A stretch of 64,000 bases of DNA from an uncultured virus (IMG/VR IMGVR_UViG_3300023105_001655) (IMGVR_UViG_3300023105_001655); one strand, 5' to 3'. Positions 29,945 to 39,583 are shown, counted from the stretch's first letter. Program-made: numbers and translations. The notes: generated by a model from the letters alone, not told the origin.

Positions 29945-30641
29945 AATATTTTTTTCTCAATTCTTCTTTTGGTTCGTTACCGTTTAACAAAACTATTGGA
30001 TAGTCTGGTTTTATTTGATACCCTCTTGGAGATACGTCCGTGTCTAAATCTACGCCTCCCGTCAACGAATAGATTAATCCTTTTGGAAATACATTGTCAA
30101 ACATATTTTCATGATATAAAAATCTATCATCACCACAATATTTAGTCATGAAATATTCATCATTTTTTTCAAAATGATCGTAAATGTATCTTGCATCATT
30201 CCCATTCCAAACCATTACGCTGGAATTATAAAGACCTTTCCATTTTTGCATCCACGGATCAGTTGATAGTCCATTTCCAAGGTATGGCATCTCTCGTTGG
30301 TATCTTCTATTCTTGGTTTCATGAGTATCTTTATTTTTCCAATAGCAATAACATATTGTCGGTGTTGAACAGTGATTAAACAACCTATCTAAACTACCCT
30401 GTATTATAACATCTAAGTCTAGATAGAGGCAATCCCCAACCCAATCATTCTTGAAAATTTTTATTTTTTCCCAACATCCATCGGTATCAGAATCTATTGG
30501 TATAATTTCTATGTTGGGATTTAATCCTGCTGGATCGTCTGTGATACAGACATGTCTGTAAATATTTGAATTATCATAAATACAATTGACATCGTTGGAG
30601 TTATATTTGTCTCCAAACTTCAATGTTATCACGGATTTCAT
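29913..30641 (-). CDS. GT-A glycosyltransferase (KFG-x-KY variant)
   Basis: LKFGDKY...VN, VCITDD, CWEKIKIF, YLDLDVII, YNSSVMVW, GDDRFL. Confidence 0.8.
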   Translation of the reverse strand: MKSVITLKFGDKYNSNDVNCIYDNSNIYRHVCITDDPAGLNPNIEIIPIDSDTDGCWEKIKIFKNDWVGDCLYLDLDVIIQGSLDRLFNHCSTPTICYCYWKNKDTHETKNRRYQREMPYLGNGLSTDPWMQKWKGLYNSSVMVWNGNDARYIYDHFEKNDEYFMTKYCGDDRFLYHENMFDNVFPKGLIYSLTGGVDLDTDVSPRGYQIKPDYPIVLLNGNEPKEELRKKYYDALSLHEMG

Positions 30642-30655
30642 AAGTTTCTTTTTCT

Positions 30656-30663
30656 TATAAATA
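30656..30663 (+). promoter_or_regulatory. Late promoter TATAAATA
   Basis: Exact consensus in the divergent intergenic gap. Confidence 0.85.
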
Positions 30664-30686
30664 ACTTGTAAAAGATGGAATCATAA

Positions 30687-31013
30687 ATGGCTACTGTACA
30701 AAATTTGGTAATTGATCAGGGAACAACTTTTGCCTTGTCGATTGACCTAACTAATGATGATGGGAGTCCAAAAGACTTGTCTTTATATACTCCTAGAGCT
30801 CAACTTAGAAAGAGTTATTATACTAATACTTATACAGCTTTTACAACGAGCAAAGTTGATTTGACTGGAGAAGTTACAATGAGTTTAACTTCAGCACAAA
30901 CAAGTGCTTTGAAAGCTGGTAGATATGTTTATGATTTAGAAATTGAAGACCCCTCGGAAACACTGAGGATATTAGAAGGCATTATTACAGTAACCCCAGA
31001 GGTAACTAGGTAA
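30687..31013 (+). CDS. Small Ig-like structural protein (BppU-like)
   Basis: NL.IDQGTTF...DLS.YT..AQLRKSY...SLT..QT..L..GRYVYDLEI...R..EG..TVTPEVT, conserved in T4-like marine phages. Confidence 0.75.
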   Translation: MATVQNLVIDQGTTFALSIDLTNDDGSPKDLSLYTPRAQLRKSYYTNTYTAFTTSKVDLTGEVTMSLTSAQTSALKAGRYVYDLEIEDPSETLRILEGIITVTPEVTR

Positions 31014-31243
31014 TGGTAGTCAGAGTAAGGGTTAATACGCCCACATCTACAAAAAGAGTTACTACTACTACTAACTCTAAAACTCAGACTTCTACTAGAA
31101 TAGAAGGTCTTGCTGGTGTTGATGTTACTGACGCACAGGATGGAGAGACTCTTGTTTATAATGCCGCTTCAGGAAATTGGGAAGCTGCTCCACTGACTTC
31201 GGCAGATGTCCAAGTAAACAGTATTGATGGTGGAACTTTTTAA
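31013..31243 (+). CDS. Small fibre-associated structural protein
   Basis: L..VD.....G..LVYN...G.W motif and C-terminal IDGGTF. Confidence 0.65.
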   Translation: MVVRVRVNTPTSTKRVTTTTNSKTQTSTRIEGLAGVDVTDAQDGETLVYNAASGNWEAAPLTSADVQVNSIDGGTF

Positions 31244-31285
31244 ATTTTAGATAACAAAAAACAAACCTTAATTGGGAGAAACTAA

Positions 31286-32674
31286 ATGGCAACAACAATT
31301 CAAATCAAAAGATCGAGTGGAAGCGCTGCTCCAGGCACCAGTGATTTGGTGCAGGGAGAACTTGCTTATGCAGAAGATCAGTCTGGAGATGGTGCGGGCG
31401 CCAAACTGTACATTGAGTCTCTTGATTCTGGTTCACAACAGGTTATTCATGCAATCGGTGGTAAGTACTATACCGATGCAGTAGATGGTGCTACTGATGC
31501 AAATACTGCAAGTAAGATTGTCAAGAGAGATGGTTCTGGTAACTTCTCTGCTGGTACTATTACTGCTGACCTAAATGGTACTGCTTCAGATGCAACAGTT
31601 TTGGAAACTGCTCGTAACATCGCTGGTCAGTCTTTCGATGGTTCTGCTGATATCACCATTGCAATTGACAACCTTAGTGACGTTTCAACATCTGGTGCGA
31701 CTTCTGGTCAAGTACTGAAGTACAATGGTACAAGTTGGGCTCCTGCTGCTGATGCTGACGATTTTTCTGACAACGATACCGATGACCTAGCAGAAGGTTC
31801 TACTAACCTCTACTACACAGACGCAAGAGCACAGGCTGCAATTAGTGTTGACTCCACTCTTTCTAAGTCTGGCGGTCAAATCAGTATGCCTGCTTCTGGT
31901 GTTACTGCCTCATCTTACGGTTCTACAACTGCTGTTCCCGTAATCACGGTTGATGCACAGGGTCGTATCACTGCTGCAACTACCGCTGCGATTGCAACGT
32001 CTTTTGATGTCGCTGCTGACAGTGGTACAACTGATACGGTAAACGGTGGTGAGACTCTTACCTTTGCTGGTACTGCGAACGAAGTAACAACTGCGGTTTC
32101 TAACAACCAAGTCACGGTTGGTCTTGCAACTAACCCGACTGTTGGTGGTAACTTGACGGTTTCTGGTAACCTTACTGTAAACGGTACAACTACCACAGTA
32201 AACACCACAAACTTGGACGTTACTGACCCGCTGTTCAAGTTGGCTTCTGGCAACAATTCATCCGACTCAGTGGACGTTGGTTTCTACGGTCTGTATGACA
32301 CATCTGGTTCACAAGACCTGTACGCTGGTCTGTTCCGTGATGCGTCTGACAGTGGTAAGTGGAAACTGTTTAAGGACTCTCAGTCTGCTCCTACTACTAC
32401 AGTAGACACTGGTTCAACTGGTTATGCAGTTGCAACATTGGTTGCTAACATCGAAGGCAACTTGACCAGTGGTACTGTTTCTGGTCTGTCTGCCGCAATC
32501 GCAGTTGCCGATGGTGGTACTGGTGCTACTACACTGACCAGCAACGGTATTCTTTTTGGTAACGGTACTGGTGCAATTCAGGCTACTGCTGCTGGAGCTG
32601 ATGGTTACTACCTACGTTCTAACAATGGGACACCAGAGTGGGTAGAACTTGCTATTGATGGCGGTTCTTACTAA
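31286..32674 (+). CDS. Fibre protein (head/neck or tail fibre)
   Basis: IQIKRS....P..L..GELAY N-terminal domain; LETARNI.G.SFDGSADI; ITVDAQGRIT; GNLTVNGTTTTVN; C-terminal IDGGSY. Confidence 0.8.
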   Translation: MATTIQIKRSSGSAAPGTSDLVQGELAYAEDQSGDGAGAKLYIESLDSGSQQVIHAIGGKYYTDAVDGATDANTASKIVKRDGSGNFSAGTITADLNGTASDATVLETARNIAGQSFDGSADITIAIDNLSDVSTSGATSGQVLKYNGTSWAPAADADDFSDNDTDDLAEGSTNLYYTDARAQAAISVDSTLSKSGGQISMPASGVTASSYGSTTAVPVITVDAQGRITAATTAAIATSFDVAADSGTTDTVNGGETLTFAGTANEVTTAVSNNQVTVGLATNPTVGGNLTVSGNLTVNGTTTTVNTTNLDVTDPLFKLASGNNSSDSVDVGFYGLYDTSGSQDLYAGLFRDASDSGKWKLFKDSQSAPTTTVDTGSTGYAVATLVANIEGNLTSGTVSGLSAAIAVADGGTGATTLTSNGILFGNGTGAIQATAAGADGYYLRSNNGTPEWVELAIDGGSY

Positions 32675-32684
32675 TTAAATTGAC

Positions 32685-32703
32685 GGGGGGAGTTTATCCC
32701 CCC
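32685..32703 (+). other. GC-rich intergenic stem-loop without a U-tract
   Basis: GGGGGGA-GTTTA-TCCCCCC in an otherwise AT-rich gap. Confidence 0.6.
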
Positions 32704-32725
32704 ATTAATATTATGGAGACATATA

Positions 32726-32995
32726 ATGGATGAAGAATTTTTACAAACTTATGTGAACAAATTGGCTACTAAAGTAAATGAGTTACAACAAGAAAACATT
32801 TTGTTGAAATCTCAATTAGAGTTTGCAAATTTAAAACTAACTAGATTGGAGACGGTTGAAAATAAAGAGACAGAGGAAAAGGTTTTAGTACAACCAAAAA
32901 AGGTTGAAGAAAAAACACCGAAAGTTTCTCCTCCAAGTCAATTTAAAAAACAACCTGCTAATTTTTCTGCTGGAGAGATAAGTGGCAACGATTAA
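32726..32995 (+). CDS. Small coiled-coil hypothetical protein (possible fibre chaperone)
   Basis: GGAG SD; YVNKLATKVNELQQENILLKSQL heptads. Confidence 0.7.
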   Translation: MDEEFLQTYVNKLATKVNELQQENILLKSQLEFANLKLTRLETVENKETEEKVLVQPKKVEEKTPKVSPPSQFKKQPANFSAGEISGND

Positions 32996-33290
32996 ATTAA
33001 AAAGAAGCGAAACTGCATCTTCTTTACCAACTACCAGTGATTTGGTGGTGGGTGAGGTTGCAGTAAATACCGCTGATAAAAAGATTTTTGTTCGTGACTC
33101 TGCTGATAATATTGTTACTATTGCAAATTTTTCCATAAGTGATCCAAATTTAGTCTTTCCAACTGGTGACTATGGTGGTTTGACCAACCCAGATTCAGAT
33201 GCTTTTGGAGTAATTATTGAAAATAGTTTTGATTGCAAAACGACACCTACTGGTACTTTAGCAACCGAAGATTTGGGCGCATTATCATAA
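32982..33290 (+). CDS. Small fibre-attachment domain protein
   Basis: IKLKRS.....P....L..GEVAVNTADKKIF domain. Confidence 0.75.
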   Translation: MATIKLKRSETASSLPTTSDLVVGEVAVNTADKKIFVRDSADNIVTIANFSISDPNLVFPTGDYGGLTNPDSDAFGVIIENSFDCKTTPTGTLATEDLGALS

Positions 33291-33302
33291 GGGTAAAGAG
33301 AG

Positions 33303-33530
33303 ATGGCTGGCACGCAAGTTCAGTTTAAAAGAGGTACTACGACTCAACACGCCAGTTTTACTGGTGCAGAGGGCGAGATAACTATCAACACAACCAAAAA
33401 GGCTCTGGTAGTACACGATGGTACTACTCAGGGAGGAATAGAACATCTCAGAGCGGATTTAAATAATCTTAATTCTAGTGCCACTATACCTGGCGCTCAG
33501 GTAGATTCGCTAGATGGTGGAACATTTTAG
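33303..33530 (+). CDS. Stand-alone Mtd N-terminal-like domain protein
   Basis: QVQFKRGTT.QH.SFTGA.GEIT..T.....VHDG.T.GG; C-terminal LDGGTF. Confidence 0.8.
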   Translation: MAGTQVQFKRGTTTQHASFTGAEGEITINTTKKALVVHDGTTQGGIEHLRADLNNLNSSATIPGAQVDSLDGGTF

Positions 33531-33557
33531 ATTATAAGATTATAGGAAGAAACTACT

Positions 33558-34745
33558 ATGCCAACACAGGTACAATTTAGACGGGGAACAGCAACGCAGA
33601 ACGGTAGCTTCACTGGAGCAGAAGGTGAGATTTCCTATGATACTACCAATAATACGTTGCGTGTTCATGACGGTTCAACAGCAGGCGGATTTAGACTCGC
33701 TCTTTACTCGGAACTTGCTGGAATTACAGATACAGACGATATCACTGAAGGTTCTACAAATCTTTGGTACACGGATGCTAGAGTTGGAACATTTCTCTCA
33801 TCGGTAAATCAGGACATCGTTCCTGATGCAGACAACACAAGAAGTCTCGGTTCATCATCAAAACAGTGGGCAGATGTCTATGTTGGGCCGGGGTCTCTGT
33901 ATGTAAACGGACAACAGGTGGTATCAGATAACTCTGGTACAATTACAATTTCTGCTGACTCCAATCAGAATGTTAGTGTACAAACATCTGGTACGGGTGA
34001 TATTGAATTTGATCCCACTGGTACGGGTGTTATTCAAGTTAAGGGTACGTTACAGATTACGGACGGTGAGAATATCACCAACTCTGCTGGTAACGATATT
34101 ACCTTTGCAAACAATATCAAAGTAAATCAGATCACAACTTATAGTAGCGATACTAATTTGGTATTGAGTGGTAACGGAACTGGTAATGTCACGGTTAATG
34201 ATGACATGACTGTTACTGGTAGTTTAACTGTTTCTGGAACAACAACTACTGTAAACTCTGAAACTGTAAACATTGCCGACAACACTCTGGTTCTTAACAG
34301 TAACTTCACCTCTGGAAGTCCAACGGAAGATGCTGGACTCAGTATTTCTCGTGGTGGGTCTACTTCTGTCACATTACTTTGGGACGAAACTAATGATAAG
34401 TGGACAATTGGTTCTGAGACATTTGTAGCAGGAACAGTTGAAGCAAACTTAACGGGTAACGTAACTGGTGACTTGACTGGTACAGCATCAAATGCGACCA
34501 CTGCTGTAACACTTACAGGTTTGACTTCAACTATAACAGAACTCAACTATGTTGATGGTGTAACAAGCAATATTCAGACACAATTGGATGATAAGGCTGC
34601 ACTGGCTTCACCTGCACTGACAGGTACTCCAACCGCTCCTACTGCTACAACAGGCACTGACACTACACAGATTGCAACGACTGCATTCGTTCAAGCAGCT
34701 ATTGCAGAACTTGAAGCGAGACTATACGCTGCTGATGCTTCCTGA
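33558..34745 (+). CDS. Fibre protein with Mtd N-terminal-like domain
   Basis: QVQFRRGT....FTGAEGEISYDT...LRVHDG.TAGG; SLGSSSKQW..VY; SPALTGTPTAPTA...TQIATTAFV fibre motif. Confidence 0.8.
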   Translation: MPTQVQFRRGTATQNGSFTGAEGEISYDTTNNTLRVHDGSTAGGFRLALYSELAGITDTDDITEGSTNLWYTDARVGTFLSSVNQDIVPDADNTRSLGSSSKQWADVYVGPGSLYVNGQQVVSDNSGTITISADSNQNVSVQTSGTGDIEFDPTGTGVIQVKGTLQITDGENITNSAGNDITFANNIKVNQITTYSSDTNLVLSGNGTGNVTVNDDMTVTGSLTVSGTTTTVNSETVNIADNTLVLNSNFTSGSPTEDAGLSISRGGSTSVTLLWDETNDKWTIGSETFVAGTVEANLTGNVTGDLTGTASNATTAVTLTGLTSTITELNYVDGVTSNIQTQLDDKAALASPALTGTPTAPTATTGTDTTQIATTAFVQAAIAELEARLYAADAS

Positions 34746-34757
34746 TAGGAGAGTTGA

Positions 34758-35717
34758 ATGGCTTTATCAAGTCGCCAGGAGCTCATTGATTACTGTCTGA
34801 GAAGACTTGGTTTTCCCGTCATTGAAATAAATGTCGATGAAGATCAAATCTCAGACAGAATTGATGACGCATTACAATTTTGGCAAGAATATCATTTTGA
34901 TGGTACGGAAAGAACTTACGTCAAACATAAACTGACGGGTTCTACTGTAAACCTACAGGCTTCTTTGGCTAGCAACTTTCATGTTGGTGAACTAATCACG
35001 GGGAATACTTCTGGGGCCACTGCGAATATAGTATCCTTGGACGGAAACGACATCTCCGTAGAAGAAAGTAAGGGAACTTGGGCTGCCAGTGAAACTATCA
35101 CTGGTAATACTTCTGGTTATACTGCTACTCTTTCTTCGACCCCATATACTAAGGGGGACATTGAGAATGGATATGTCCCTATCAGCAATAACATCCTAAA
35201 TATTGTAAGATTGTTTAAGTTTGGTTCCTTGGTGGGAGGAAAGTCAGACGGACTGTTTGATGTTGACTACCAGTTTGCACTGAATGATCTATACAACTTG
35301 TTGTCTGCTGATGTCACATACTACGCAATGACAAAGAGTCACATGACAACTCTTGAACAACTGTTCCGAAACGAAAGACAGATTAGGTGGAACAGAAAAA
35401 CAAACAAGCTGCATATTGATGCAGACTTGTCAGAGACATATGACATTGGAGACTATATTGTAGCTGAAGCTTATGCAATATTAGACCCCAGTGAATACAC
35501 CGAGGTTTACGATGACATGTTTCTAAAGAGATATGCAACCGCATTAATCAAGAAACAGTGGGGTGAAAATATGAAAAAATTCCAAGGCATCCAAATGCCG
35601 GGCGGAGTTACTCTTAATGGTGAAACCATCTATCAAGAGGCAGTACAAGAGATATCTCAGATAGAAGAAGAAATGCAATTAAAGTACGAGTTGCCTCCTT
35701 CCTTCATGGTGGGGTAA
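34758..35717 (+). CDS. gp13: Neck protein gp13
   Basis: RQELIDYCLRRLG.PVIEINVD.DQ..DRID.ALQ...EYHFDG; KKQWG.N..KF.G.QMPGGVTLNG. Confidence 0.95.
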   Translation: MALSSRQELIDYCLRRLGFPVIEINVDEDQISDRIDDALQFWQEYHFDGTERTYVKHKLTGSTVNLQASLASNFHVGELITGNTSGATANIVSLDGNDISVEESKGTWAASETITGNTSGYTATLSSTPYTKGDIENGYVPISNNILNIVRLFKFGSLVGGKSDGLFDVDYQFALNDLYNLLSADVTYYAMTKSHMTTLEQLFRNERQIRWNRKTNKLHIDADLSETYDIGDYIVAEAYAILDPSEYTEVYDDMFLKRYATALIKKQWGENMKKFQGIQMPGGVTLNGETIYQEAVQEISQIEEEMQLKYELPPSFMVG

Positions 35718-35720
35718 ATC

Positions 35721-36467
35721 GTGGCTACTAACTTCTATTTCCAATCTGGAAACACATCTGGTACAACAAACGAACAACGTTTGGTTGAAGACTTAGTTAT
35801 TGAAAGTCTCAAAATTTACGGCCACGATGTTTACTATCTTCCCAGAACAATTGTAAACAGAGACCTGATTCTTGATGAGGATGCATTGTCTAAGTTTACA
35901 CAAGCCTATCCTCTAGAAATGTATTTAGAAAACGTAGATGGGTTTGAAGGTGAGGGAGATTTATTTACAAAATTTGGTATAGAAATTAGAGATTCTGCAA
36001 CATTTGTTCTGTCAAAGAGAAGATGGGAAGAAATGGTTGTCACTACTGGTGGAGACTTTCAGTTGGACGCAAGACCAGCAGAAGGTGACTTGTTATATTT
36101 TGAAAAGACTGGTTCTATCTTTGAGATTAAATATGTAGAATTTCAAAATCCTTTCTATCAATTAGGAAAGATTTATGTGTTCAAATTGCAATGCGAATTG
36201 TTCGAGTACTCTTCTGAAATCATCGACACTGGTATTGGCGATCTTGATGTTGTTGCAGATGAACAGTCAATCGATATGTTGGCATTTCAGTTTCTACTTG
36301 AAGATGGTAATGCATTGGTACTTGAAGATAATGGGACTCTTATATTGGAAGAATTTGCTGCACAAAAAGCATTGGCCAATACCGACAACACAGATTTTGA
36401 TACACTGCAAGACTTAGAAGATATTCTTGATTTCAGTGAAGTCAACCCATTTGGTGAGTTAAGATAA
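35721..36467 (+). CDS. gp14: Neck protein gp14
   Basis: EQ.LVEDL..ES.KIYG.DV.YLPR; KFG.EIRD; RP.EGDL.YF; PFYQLGK; DFSE.NPFG. Confidence 0.95.
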   Translation: MATNFYFQSGNTSGTTNEQRLVEDLVIESLKIYGHDVYYLPRTIVNRDLILDEDALSKFTQAYPLEMYLENVDGFEGEGDLFTKFGIEIRDSATFVLSKRRWEEMVVTTGGDFQLDARPAEGDLLYFEKTGSIFEIKYVEFQNPFYQLGKIYVFKLQCELFEYSSEIIDTGIGDLDVVADEQSIDMLAFQFLLEDGNALVLEDNGTLILEEFAAQKALANTDNTDFDTLQDLEDILDFSEVNPFGELR

Positions 36468-37468
36468 TGTTTCAGAATAGACAATTTTATCACAAACATA
36501 CAAAGAAAGCAATCATAGCTTTCGGCACTATCTTTAATAATATTCAGATAGAAAGAAGAAATGCCGATGGTGATGTTGCTCAGAATCTTCGTGTGCCTCT
36601 TGCTTACTCACCAAAACAAAAATTTCTGTCTCGTATTGCACAGGTTCCTGATGCAGAATCCAGAGGTGAGGTAGCAATATCTCTCCCCAGAATGGGGTTT
36701 GAGATTCTTGGATTTAATTTTGATCCCAGTAGAAAAATATCACAGGTACAAAAAACCATTGCTGTTGGTGATGGAGATGATTCTAACACATATAGAAAGT
36801 CTTTCGTATCTACTCCATATGATATGCAAATGGGATTATATATTTTTTCTAAAAACCAAGAAGATGCACTACAGATTGTAGAACAGATTCTACCATACTT
36901 CAATCCAGATTTTAGTGTGACGGTTAATGATCTACCAGAAATGGGAATCAAAAGAGACATAAAAATTGTACTGGACAGCGTAACTTTTGAAGATCAGTAT
37001 GAAGGAGATTTTGCGGCAAGACAAAGTATTGTGTGGTCTTTGACTTTTACGATGAAACTTAATTACTATGGGTTTATACAGAACCAAGGTTTCATCAAAA
37101 AGTCTATTGCAAGAACATACGAAAATCCAGATATGCAAGGCCCACATATCAAGTTTGGGTTTGAGGTCACTGGTACTTTGCCAGTAGCAACTGCATCTAT
37201 AGAAAACGGTTCTGTTAGTCAAATTGAAATAGAATATGGTGGAGAAGGATATACAGAAAGCGCACCTAATATAACTATAGATGGTAACGCTAGAGCACAC
37301 GCAGAAATTACAAATGGAGTTGTGACAAAAATTGTCATTGACGATGCTGGTTCTGGATACATAACACCACCTGCCGTTGCCTTTGAGGAACCACCGAACT
37401 ACAATCCAAACCCATACAAGGATGAACCATATAGGTTCATTGAAGAATTTGAACAAGTATATGAATAG
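36467..37468 (+). CDS. gp15: Tail sheath stabiliser/terminator gp15 with a C-terminal beta-repeat insertion
   Basis: FYH....K...AFGTIFNNI; VPLAY.PKQKFL; LPRMGFE; QIVEQILPYFNP. Confidence 0.95.
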   Translation: MFQNRQFYHKHTKKAIIAFGTIFNNIQIERRNADGDVAQNLRVPLAYSPKQKFLSRIAQVPDAESRGEVAISLPRMGFEILGFNFDPSRKISQVQKTIAVGDGDDSNTYRKSFVSTPYDMQMGLYIFSKNQEDALQIVEQILPYFNPDFSVTVNDLPEMGIKRDIKIVLDSVTFEDQYEGDFAARQSIVWSLTFTMKLNYYGFIQNQGFIKKSIARTYENPDMQGPHIKFGFEVTGTLPVATASIENGSVSQIEIEYGGEGYTESAPNITIDGNARAHAEITNGVVTKIVIDDAGSGYITPPAVAFEEPPNYNPNPYKDEPYRFIEEFEQVYE

Positions 37469-37476
37469 GTGATGTG

Positions 37477-37911
37477 ATGAGCAGAAATAAAGTTTTTGAC
37501 GCTCTAGATAAAACATTTCAAACGGTTTCTACGGAAACCAATCAAGTGAAACCTCCGGCCGAAACTGGTAACAACGATGTTGATACCGACTTCCAAAAGG
37601 CTAGACAAACTCTTGAGAAAGCAATGGCCTATAGCGAACAGGCTGCTGAAGGCATTTTGAATGTTGCAATGAACAGCGATAACCCTAGAGCATACGAGGT
37701 TGCTGGTCAGATTATCAAGACAATGGGTGAACAGGCAAAAGATGTCATGGAGATTCAAGAGAAAAAGAATCGCATAGATGTCAAGTCTGGTGTTGAGAAA
37801 CCCCTCATAAAAACACAAAATAATATAGTTTTTGCTGGTACTACCAGCGATATTCTTAAAGCAATTCGTGATGAAAAAAATGAGAATGTTATAGACCATG
37901 AGCCAGATTGA
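37477..37911 (+). CDS. gp16: Terminase small subunit gp16
   Basis: D...AR..L; A..S..PRAYEV.GQ.IK; NNIVFAG.T.D. Confidence 0.92.
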   Translation: MSRNKVFDALDKTFQTVSTETNQVKPPAETGNNDVDTDFQKARQTLEKAMAYSEQAAEGILNVAMNSDNPRAYEVAGQIIKTMGEQAKDVMEIQEKKNRIDVKSGVEKPLIKTQNNIVFAGTTSDILKAIRDEKNENVIDHEPD

Positions 37912-39526
37912 TACCTCCTATCACGGAAACCCAAATCTCAAACCAGTTGGATATCAACACGATTTCACAAAAGAACAACTGACAGAGTTTGTTAAGTGTT
38001 CCGAAGACCCCATCTATTTCATAGAAAACTATTGCAAGATTGTAACTCTTGATAGAGGTTTGCAACCTTTTAAACTATACGATTGTCAGAAAAATAAAGT
38101 TGATTTTATTATGAATAATCGTAAGACTATCTTGATGGAAGGTCGTCAGCAAGGCAAAACGATCACCGCAGCTGCTTGTATTTTGCATTACACTATCTTT
38201 CAAGACAACAAGATGGTGGCAATCATGGCAAACAAGACCGCTGCTGCGAGAGAGGTTCTGTCTCGATATCAAATCATGTATGAAAATTTGCCTATATGGA
38301 TGCAACAAGGCGTAAAGACTTGGAACAAGGGTGACGTTGATCTTGAGAATGGTTCTCGGGTATTCACCTCTGCTACAACGACATCTGGTATTCGTGGTAA
38401 GTCTGTAAACTGGTTGTACATTGATGAGGCGGCGATCATTCCAAACAACATTGCGGATGAGTTTTTTGCTTCCGTATATCCTACTATTTCTGCTGGTGAA
38501 ACTACAAAGATTCTTTTGACATCTACCCCGTTGGGTTACAATCACTTCTGGAAATTCTGGAACGAATCGGAGAAGGGAACCAATGGTTTTAAAAATATGT
38601 TCATCCACTACACCGAAATCCCAGGCAGAGATGAGAAGTGGGCAGAAGAACAGTTTAAACTTCTCGGTGAAGTAAAGTACAATCAGGAAGTTTTATGTGA
38701 GTTCTTGGGGTCAACCAACACTCTGATTAGTGGTAAAGCACTGTCTATGATGTCTTCCAAAGAGGTCATATATAAGAAAGATGGACTAGACATTTATGAA
38801 GAACCGAAAGAAAATAAATATTATGTAATCACAACCGACACATCAAGGGGAATAGGTGGAGATTTTTCTGCTTTTGTTGTTGTTGATATTACAGAAATGC
38901 CTTTCCGTGTTGTTGGAAAGTTTAGAGACAACAAGGTGGCGCCGCTCCTGTATCCAGACTTTATTGCAAGAGTGGCAAAAGACTATAATAATGCGTATGT
39001 ATTGATTGAGAATAACGATATCGGTCAACAAGTAGTTGACATATTGCACCAAGAACTAGAATACGAAAATATTTTTAGTACGGTACAAGAAAAAAATAAA
39101 CAGTATGTATCGCCTGGATTTGGAAAACAGACAACTCTCGGTGTCAGAACATCGAAGGCTGTAAAAAGGCAGGGTTGTCTTGCTTTAAAAAGTTTAATAG
39201 AAGAAAGTAAGTTTTTAGTTTGGGATGCTGATTGCATTAATGAACTATCAACATTCGTAGAGAAGGCTGGTTCCTTTTCTGCTGATGAAGGTTATCACGA
39301 TGACTTGGCCATGTGTATGGTTTTGTTTGCGTGGCTATCAACTCAACAGTTCTTCAAAGACTTAACAGATGTAGATATACGAGAAGGATTGTATAACGCT
39401 CAAATGAGATCAATACAAACCGATCTGACTCCATTCGGGTTCATAGAAAATGGACTTGAAGTAGAGGCAGAGGTCATTGATGGTGACTACTGGATGTGGG
39501 CAGATGAGAGAAAAGATTTTTTATAA
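37898..39526 (+). CDS. gp17: Terminase large subunit gp17
   Basis: Y.GNPNLK; Walker A RQQGKT; Walker B YIDEAA; STPLG.NHF; nuclease D-x-SRG and HDDL; no intein or intron. Confidence 0.97.
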   Translation: MSQIDTSYHGNPNLKPVGYQHDFTKEQLTEFVKCSEDPIYFIENYCKIVTLDRGLQPFKLYDCQKNKVDFIMNNRKTILMEGRQQGKTITAAACILHYTIFQDNKMVAIMANKTAAAREVLSRYQIMYENLPIWMQQGVKTWNKGDVDLENGSRVFTSATTTSGIRGKSVNWLYIDEAAIIPNNIADEFFASVYPTISAGETTKILLTSTPLGYNHFWKFWNESEKGTNGFKNMFIHYTEIPGRDEKWAEEQFKLLGEVKYNQEVLCEFLGSTNTLISGKALSMMSSKEVIYKKDGLDIYEEPKENKYYVITTDTSRGIGGDFSAFVVVDITEMPFRVVGKFRDNKVAPLLYPDFIARVAKDYNNAYVLIENNDIGQQVVDILHQELEYENIFSTVQEKNKQYVSPGFGKQTTLGVRTSKAVKRQGCLALKSLIEESKFLVWDADCINELSTFVEKAGSFSADEGYHDDLAMCMVLFAWLSTQQFFKDLTDVDIREGLYNAQMRSIQTDLTPFGFIENGLEVEAEVIDGDYWMWADERKDFL

Positions 39527-39529
39527 ATA
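39522..39529 (+). promoter_or_regulatory. Late promoter TATAAATA (gp18)
   Basis: Exact consensus overlapping the gp17 stop. Confidence 0.85.
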
Positions 39530-39583
39530 ATTCTCAGGAACACTATTTATTAGTATTTAAACCAAAATACGAAGGAGAACAAC

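Noticed and set aside
33303..34745. Mtd N-terminal domains suggesting a diversity-generating retroelement
   Set aside because: No reverse transcriptase, no template/variable repeat pair differing at adenines, and no C-type lectin C-terminus in this window.
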